Virus record (IMG/VR): IMGVR_UViG_3300042914_002215
Length of the DNA: 64,000 bases
Source: a virus
Reading direction: 5' to 3' (one strand)
The notes beneath the pieces were generated by a model. It did not search any database. It was not told the DNA's origin and was given only the letters and a program-made list of their open reading frames with translations. Positions within the stretch are counted from its first letter, which is position 1. Every line of letters starts with the position of its first letter. The translations under genes were made by a program, and so were the position numbers. Below, piece after piece: positions 59,161 through 64,000 of the stretch.

Positions 59161-61422
59161 ATGAGCAACATTCAAAATCAAAAATCTGGTCTTGCCAAAC
59201 TGATGGCGACCGAGAATCTCACAGTTCAACATGCTAAAACAAATACAGCATCGTTTGATCCCAAAAATCGTATTCTAACTTGCCCAATCTGGTCAGAAAT
59301 GTCTGGCGATCTTTATGACTTGCTGATGGGTCATGAAGTTGGTCACGCTATTGATACACCTGCTGATGGTTGGCACGGTGCAGTACATGATCGTGGTGCA
59401 AATTACAAAGGCTTTCTCAATGTGGTTGAAGATGCACGTATTGAGAAACGCCAGAAACGCCGTTATCCCGGTCTGCGTCGATCATTCATCAACGGCTTCA
59501 ATGAGTTGATGAAGCGTGACTTCTTTGGTATCGGTGATCGTGAAGTCAATACATTCCCATTCATTGATCGTTTGAACATGTATACCAAATCTGGTTATAC
59601 AATGCAGATTGCATTCAATGCAAAAGAACAGGACTTTGTTGACCGTGTTCAAGCCTGCGAAACTTGGGAAGATGTTCTCAAAGTTACAGATGAGATTTGG
59701 GATTACTCTAAACAAGAACAATCACAAACCAACATGCCGCAAGATAGTTTCGGCTTCAGTGATGAAGATGCTGATGGTCAACAAGAAACTGGTGCCAATG
59801 AGGGTGATGCTGAGACTCAAGCAAAAGGTAACAATGAGTCTAAGGCAAGTGATAAGGGTGATGGTGGTGATCAAGAAAAAGAATCACAATCATCAAGTGG
59901 CGATGCACAAGAAAATGGCGACAATGAAGATGGTGAAGATGGTGATGCCATCAACCGTTTCAAAGAATCACAGAATACACGTGATGATGTTGAGCCACGG
60001 TGTGAGACTGATGAAAACTTCCGTCGCAACGAATCTTCTTTGATTGACAAGAAAGCACGTGAGTATGTGTATGTCAACATACCACAAGCCAATCTGAAGA
60101 AAATTATCACGCCAGCAAAACGTGTACAAGAACTTCTGACCGCTGAGTTTTCCGACCAGCGTAAAGACTATGAAACAGTTGCTAACAATTTGTACAATGA
60201 GTTCCGTCGTAAAAACGAACGATTCATTTCTCTGTTGGCAAAAGAGTTTGAGATGCGTAAAGCGGCTGATAAGTTTGCGAAAGCAAAAACATCGGACACT
60301 GGTGATATTGACGTTAGCCGTATCTTCAAATATCAGATTGATGATGCTATCTTCAAAAAAGTCATGCGTGTACCGAAAGGTAAATCACATGGCTTAATTC
60401 TGTTACTTGATAAGTCTGGCTCAATGTTTGAGAATCTGGCGGCATCATATGAACAGATTTTGATACTGGCTATGTTCTGCCGTAAAGTAAATATTCCTTT
60501 TACTGCCTACGGCTTCGGCAATTCTGAGGGCGTTCGTGACATTGATTTTCCCAATGGCCGAACTGATGAATACTCATATGAATGTTTTAGTAAATCATAC
60601 AAAGATATGGCTTTGTCGGATGTCTTTCTGCGTGAGATGATCAATTCTAAAATGAGTAACTCAGAATTTTCAAAAGCAGTAAAAAATATTCTTTGTCTCA
60701 AAGATTCGTACTCAGGTCGTAACAGATATTCATATCATGGTACAAACTTCTATCGTCCACAATCCGATAGTTTGTCTAACACACCATTGTCTGAGGCATT
60801 GGTTGCTTGTCAACCATTGATCAATGAGTTCCGTCAAGTGAACAATCTTGATATCGTGAATCTGTGTGTGGTACATGATGGTGATGCTGATGAAGTTCGT
60901 AATTATTACGATTCAACTCAACGCCGTGAATTCTTTGGTCCCAGGTATCAAAATGTTTTTCTTGTAGATAAGAAAAATAAAGTACAACAAGAAGTGCCCG
61001 CTATTGAAGATGGTGTACGAATTGCTGTGGCTAAATGGTTGTCTAAGACAACTGGTGTAAAGATTATTGGTTTCTATCTTGCACCACACAGTCAAGTCAA
61101 GGGTGCACTACGCCGTCGTTTGTATAATGATGAAATTAACCCGTTGCGTGATGATGCAAACAAACGGTATGAATTGTTTGATGTGATGAGTAAATACCAA
61201 AAGATACTAAAGAAAGAAAAGTATCTTGAATCAAAGAATGATGGTTATGAATCATTCTTTATTCTACCTGGCGGTAATGAACTCGGTGTTGATGATGAAG
61301 AATTTGAAGCACCAGAAAAAGTTACTACGGCATCTTTGACTAAAGCGTTTTCTAAGTACACCAAGAATCGCCAAGTCAACCGTGTGTTGGTATCACGTTT
61401 CATCGGTATGATAGCAGTTTGA
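59161..61422 (+). CDS. metallopeptidase-like plus vWA-domain protein (CobT-like partner of the AAA ATPase)
   Basis: HEVGH (HExxH), NVVEDARIE, acidic linker, MIDAS LLLDKSGSM. Confidence 0.8.
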   Translation: MSNIQNQKSGLAKLMATENLTVQHAKTNTASFDPKNRILTCPIWSEMSGDLYDLLMGHEVGHAIDTPADGWHGAVHDRGANYKGFLNVVEDARIEKRQKRRYPGLRRSFINGFNELMKRDFFGIGDREVNTFPFIDRLNMYTKSGYTMQIAFNAKEQDFVDRVQACETWEDVLKVTDEIWDYSKQEQSQTNMPQDSFGFSDEDADGQQETGANEGDAETQAKGNNESKASDKGDGGDQEKESQSSSGDAQENGDNEDGEDGDAINRFKESQNTRDDVEPRCETDENFRRNESSLIDKKAREYVYVNIPQANLKKIITPAKRVQELLTAEFSDQRKDYETVANNLYNEFRRKNERFISLLAKEFEMRKAADKFAKAKTSDTGDIDVSRIFKYQIDDAIFKKVMRVPKGKSHGLILLLDKSGSMFENLAASYEQILILAMFCRKVNIPFTAYGFGNSEGVRDIDFPNGRTDEYSYECFSKSYKDMALSDVFLREMINSKMSNSEFSKAVKNILCLKDSYSGRNRYSYHGTNFYRPQSDSLSNTPLSEALVACQPLINEFRQVNNLDIVNLCVVHDGDADEVRNYYDSTQRREFFGPRYQNVFLVDKKNKVQQEVPAIEDGVRIAVAKWLSKTTGVKIIGFYLAPHSQVKGALRRRLYNDEINPLRDDANKRYELFDVMSKYQKILKKEKYLESKNDGYESFFILPGGNELGVDDEEFEAPEKVTTASLTKAFSKYTKNRQVNRVLVSRFIGMIAV

Positions 61423-61428
61423 TAATGG

Positions 61429-61465
61429 ACCACTACTTGACAAAGTGGTGGTTCTCTTTTATAAT
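61429..61465 (+). promoter_or_regulatory. terminator-like hairpin overlapping a perfect sigma70 promoter
   Basis: ACCACTACTT-GACA-AAGTGGTGGT stem-loop; TTGACA(61437-42)-17-TATAAT(61460-65). Confidence 0.75.
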
Positions 61466-61497
61466 GATAGTTCCTACAGTGATGGAGAATTTATATT

Positions 61498-62685
61498 ATG
61501 GCAACACGTGCTGAAAAACGCCAAGCATTTATTGATGCTATTCTGGCAACTGGTAAGACTCAAGTTACCACTGATGATATTCGTGATATCGTAGAACAAA
61601 CTGGCCTGAAGTGGCCACAGTGGTTCACTAAAGATGAATCATATCGTATCAAGCGTGGTGTGTTCCGTGTTCCTGGTGTCTCCAATGAAGCACCAGAGCC
61701 AATCAATATGGTCGCACAAGTAATACCCATGGCAAAACCTGCTGCTCCTGTTGCTGGCAATCGTATTGCTAATGTGACAACTGATCTTGAAATTGAGAAT
61801 CTGATTCCAACTCAATACAAAAACTATGTACCTTTTGGCAACTTTGAAGATGTGTTGTCAATCGTACAATCTAGTCAATTCTTCCCTGTGTTCATTACTG
61901 GTCAATCTGGTAATGGTAAAACAATGTCAATTGAACAGGCTTGTGCCAAAGCAAAACGCAAATTTGTTTGCGTATCAATGACACCTGACACCGACGAAGG
62001 CGATCTTCTTGGTAACTATGTTCTGATCAACGGTCAGATGGAATGGCGTGATGGTCCTGTCACGGTTGCAGCCCGTCAGGGTGCTGTACTCTGTATTGAT
62101 GAGATTGATTACGGTGCTCAGAATCTTTCCTGTCTCCAACGTGTACTTGAAGGTAAACCATTCTTGCTGAAGAAAAAGAATGAACTGGTTACACCTGCAC
62201 CTGGTTTCACTGTCTTTGCTACTGCTAATACCAAGGGTAAAGGCTCTGAAGATGGTCGTTATATGTTTACCAACGTGTTGAACGAAGCGTTTCTTGAGCG
62301 TTTTCCTAACACTATGGAACAAGATTGGCCGCCGGCTAAGATTGAAGAAAAGATTATCGGCAAAGAACTTGATGCAGTTGGTCGTCCTGATGCATCATTT
62401 GCCAAGAATCTTGTGACATGGGCGAATGCAATTCGTACTACATTTGCCGATGGTGGCTGTGATGAAGTTATCTCCACACGCCGTCTGGTACACATTGTCA
62501 AAACTTTCGGTATCTACAATGATAAAAAGAAAGCGATTGAGTATTGCTTGAATCGTTTTGATGCCGATACTAAGGCTACCTTCTTTGACTTGTATACCAA
62601 AGTTGATGCTGGTGTTGATCCTACTGTCGCACCTCCACATGAAGAGAAGTCTACCGCAACTGAAGGTGAAGAGATTCCATTCTAA
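61498..62685 (+). CDS. cobS: CobS-like/MoxR-type AAA+ ATPase
   Basis: GQSGNGKT, DEGDLLG, IDEID, TANTKGKG..DGRY, LNEAFLERF, ISTRRLVHI. Confidence 0.88.
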   Translation: MATRAEKRQAFIDAILATGKTQVTTDDIRDIVEQTGLKWPQWFTKDESYRIKRGVFRVPGVSNEAPEPINMVAQVIPMAKPAAPVAGNRIANVTTDLEIENLIPTQYKNYVPFGNFEDVLSIVQSSQFFPVFITGQSGNGKTMSIEQACAKAKRKFVCVSMTPDTDEGDLLGNYVLINGQMEWRDGPVTVAARQGAVLCIDEIDYGAQNLSCLQRVLEGKPFLLKKKNELVTPAPGFTVFATANTKGKGSEDGRYMFTNVLNEAFLERFPNTMEQDWPPAKIEEKIIGKELDAVGRPDASFAKNLVTWANAIRTTFADGGCDEVISTRRLVHIVKTFGIYNDKKKAIEYCLNRFDADTKATFFDLYTKVDAGVDPTVAPPHEEKSTATEGEEIPF

Positions 62686-62707
62686 GGTAATCTTTCACCT
62701 TTACCAG

Positions 62708-62744
62708 AGGGAGTGTTGACACACTCCCTTTTTTTGTCTATAAT
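62708..62744 (+). promoter_or_regulatory. intrinsic terminator overlapping a perfect sigma70 promoter
   Basis: AGGGAGTGT-TGAC-ACACTCCCT plus T-tract; TTGACA(62716-21)-17-TATAAT(62739-44). Confidence 0.8.
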
Positions 62745-62753
62745 GTAACGTAT

Positions 62754-62796
62754 GTAGAGAAAAGTCGCCTCTACTATTTGATCATTTGGTGCGACT
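62754..62796 (+). promoter_or_regulatory. predicted H-type RNA pseudoknot in 5' leader
   Basis: S1 GTAGAG(62754-59)/CTCTAC(62769-74); S2 AGTCGC(62763-68)/GCGACT(62791-96). Confidence 0.55.
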
Positions 62797-62818
62797 AATT
62801 TTTTATGGAGTAAATTGA

Positions 62819-63082
62819 ATGTCTGCTAAACAGAAAATCCTCAACTATCTTTCTAAAGATTCTGGCTACAACACATTGACTGCTGCTCAGATTCGTTCAC
62901 GTTTCGGTATTACAAATGTTGGTGCACGTATTGAAGAACTACGTGCTGAAGGTCACTGCATCTATACTAACAAGAAAACCCTAAACGACGGTCGTACAAT
63001 CACTGTCTATCGTCTAGGTAAACCTAGCAAGGCAATGGTAGCAGCAGCACACGCTTTGCTTGGCGGACAAGCATTTGCCTAA
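62819..63082 (+). CDS. small winged helix-turn-helix protein
   Basis: RBS GGAG; KILNYL......LT..QI..RFGI..V.ARI.ELR..G..I.......YRLG. Confidence 0.75.
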   Translation: MSAKQKILNYLSKDSGYNTLTAAQIRSRFGITNVGARIEELRAEGHCIYTNKKTLNDGRTITVYRLGKPSKAMVAAAHALLGGQAFA

Positions 63083-63100
63083 AAAAGGCTAAAAATCAGC

Positions 63101-63143
63101 AGAGTGAAAGCATATATATTTGTATGTGTTTTCACTCTTTTTT
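63101..63143 (+). terminator. probable intrinsic terminator (long hairpin)
   Basis: AGAGTGAAA...TTTCACTCT stem with inner GCATATA/TGTATGT pairing, followed by T-tract. Confidence 0.6.
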
Positions 63144-63154
63144 ATGGATAGATT

Positions 63155-63970
63155 ATGCAACTACAAGTTAACCTTGAACAACTAAGAAAAAATAAACTGT
63201 TCGTTGCTACACCAATGTATGGTGGCATGAACCACGGTTTGTACATGAAGTCATGTCTTGACTTGCAAACCATCATGATACGTTATGGTATCGAAACAAA
63301 ATTCTCCTTTCTCTTCAACGAATCCCTAATCACACGTGCTCGTAATTATCTGGTAGATGAATTTCTGCGTACAGATTTTACACACATGATGTTCATTGAC
63401 TCCGATATTCATTTTGATCCAAATGATATTATTGCATTGATGGCACTTGATAAAGATGTTATCGGTGGTCCTTATCCTAAGAAGTCAATCAATTGGGGTA
63501 ACATTGCTGAGACAGCACGTAAACATCCTGATTTGAATCCAAAAGAACTTGAGAATCTTGTTGGTGAATATGTGTTCAACGTAGTAAAAGGCACACAACA
63601 ATTCCAAGTATCAGAACCTCTAGAAGTTATGGAGATTGGTACAGGTCACATGATGATCAAACGTGGAGTGTTTGATAAGATGAAAGAGGCGTATCCTTTC
63701 ATTCGTTATAAGCCTGATCATATTGGTCAAGCACACTTTGACGGTTCACGTTACATTCACGCATACTTTGATACTGTAATTGATACTACTGATTCATGTG
63801 TGGGTGGTGGTTCTGATCGTTATCTGTCAGAGGATTACATGTTCTGTCAGATGTGGCGCAAGATAGGTGGTCAAGTTTATCTGTGCCCATGGATGAAAAC
63901 TCAACACATTGGTACATACGCATTTACTGGCAACATGCCCGCTGTTGCTCAGTATACTGGTAGACTTTGA
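63155..63970 (+). CDS. GT-A fold glycosyltransferase-like protein
   Basis: LFVATPMYGG, NESLITRARN, FIDSDI (DxD), YPKK, GTG.M.I.R, YLSEDY.FC. Confidence 0.7.
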   Translation: MQLQVNLEQLRKNKLFVATPMYGGMNHGLYMKSCLDLQTIMIRYGIETKFSFLFNESLITRARNYLVDEFLRTDFTHMMFIDSDIHFDPNDIIALMALDKDVIGGPYPKKSINWGNIAETARKHPDLNPKELENLVGEYVFNVVKGTQQFQVSEPLEVMEIGTGHMMIKRGVFDKMKEAYPFIRYKPDHIGQAHFDGSRYIHAYFDTVIDTTDSCVGGGSDRYLSEDYMFCQMWRKIGGQVYLCPWMKTQHIGTYAFTGNMPAVAQYTGRL

Positions 63971-64000
63971 TTGATTACAAATATAGTGAGGACCGTATTC
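63967..64000 (+). CDS. start of next gene (MIDYKYSEDRI...), 3'-truncated
   Basis: TTG overlapping the previous stop; open to the window end; only 11 codons visible. Confidence 0.3.
   Translation, partial: MIDYKYSEDRI

Noticed and set aside
59161-62685. CobS/CobT as cobalamin biosynthesis genes supplying the B12 radical SAM enzyme
   Set aside because: The AAA+/vWA pair is widespread in T4-like aquatic phages and is probably a chaperone-like system; no CobN or other cob genes are in the window
1-64000. tRNAs, introns, inteins, homing endonucleases, stop-codon recoding
   Set aside because: Intergenic gaps are short and show no cloverleaf; core genes (gp17, gp20, gp23, uvsW, gp46) are uninterrupted, of normal length and read through in the standard code
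1-64000. Assignment as a cyanophage
   Set aside because: Gene order is similar, but no photosynthesis or other cyanobacteria-specific genes are in the window; the host cannot be determined from this segment

Overview
The window is a 64-kb segment of a large T4-like myovirus (core gene order resembles marine/freshwater T4-like phages rather than coliphage T4). Every credible gene is on the + strand. 1-29.4 kb: an expanded tail-fibre/receptor-binding region with seven glycine-rich adhesin-like proteins, five ~110-127 aa adaptor-like proteins, several fibre 'stubs' with conserved hydrophobic C-terminal tags, a 2053-aa Ala/Asn heptad-repeat fibre and a 1028-aa structural protein. 29.4-44.4 kb: the neck/terminase/tail/head module (gp13-14-15-16-[Dps]-17-18-19-20-...-21-22-23, gp3). 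44.4-64 kb: uvsY, uvsW, a six-gene sugar-biosynthesis cassette (B12-binding radical SAM, split transketolase, HddA-like kinase, ColD-like PLP enzyme, SDR epimerase), gp55, gp47, gp46, peptide deformylase, a small-protein/methyltransferase/TAGT-like glycosyltransferase trio, a vWA-peptidase/CobS-like AAA pair, a wHTH protein and a GT-A glycosyltransferase. Best leads: (i) a candidate pathway that makes an unusual deoxy/branched/methylated sugar and transfers it to DNA or the virion; (ii) an apparently three-class modular tag-adaptor-adhesin code at the fibre tips; (iii) sigma70 promoters whose -35 box lies in the loop of a terminator hairpin, and an H-type pseudoknot in a 5' leader. All product calls come from motif recognition by eye; no database searches were run.
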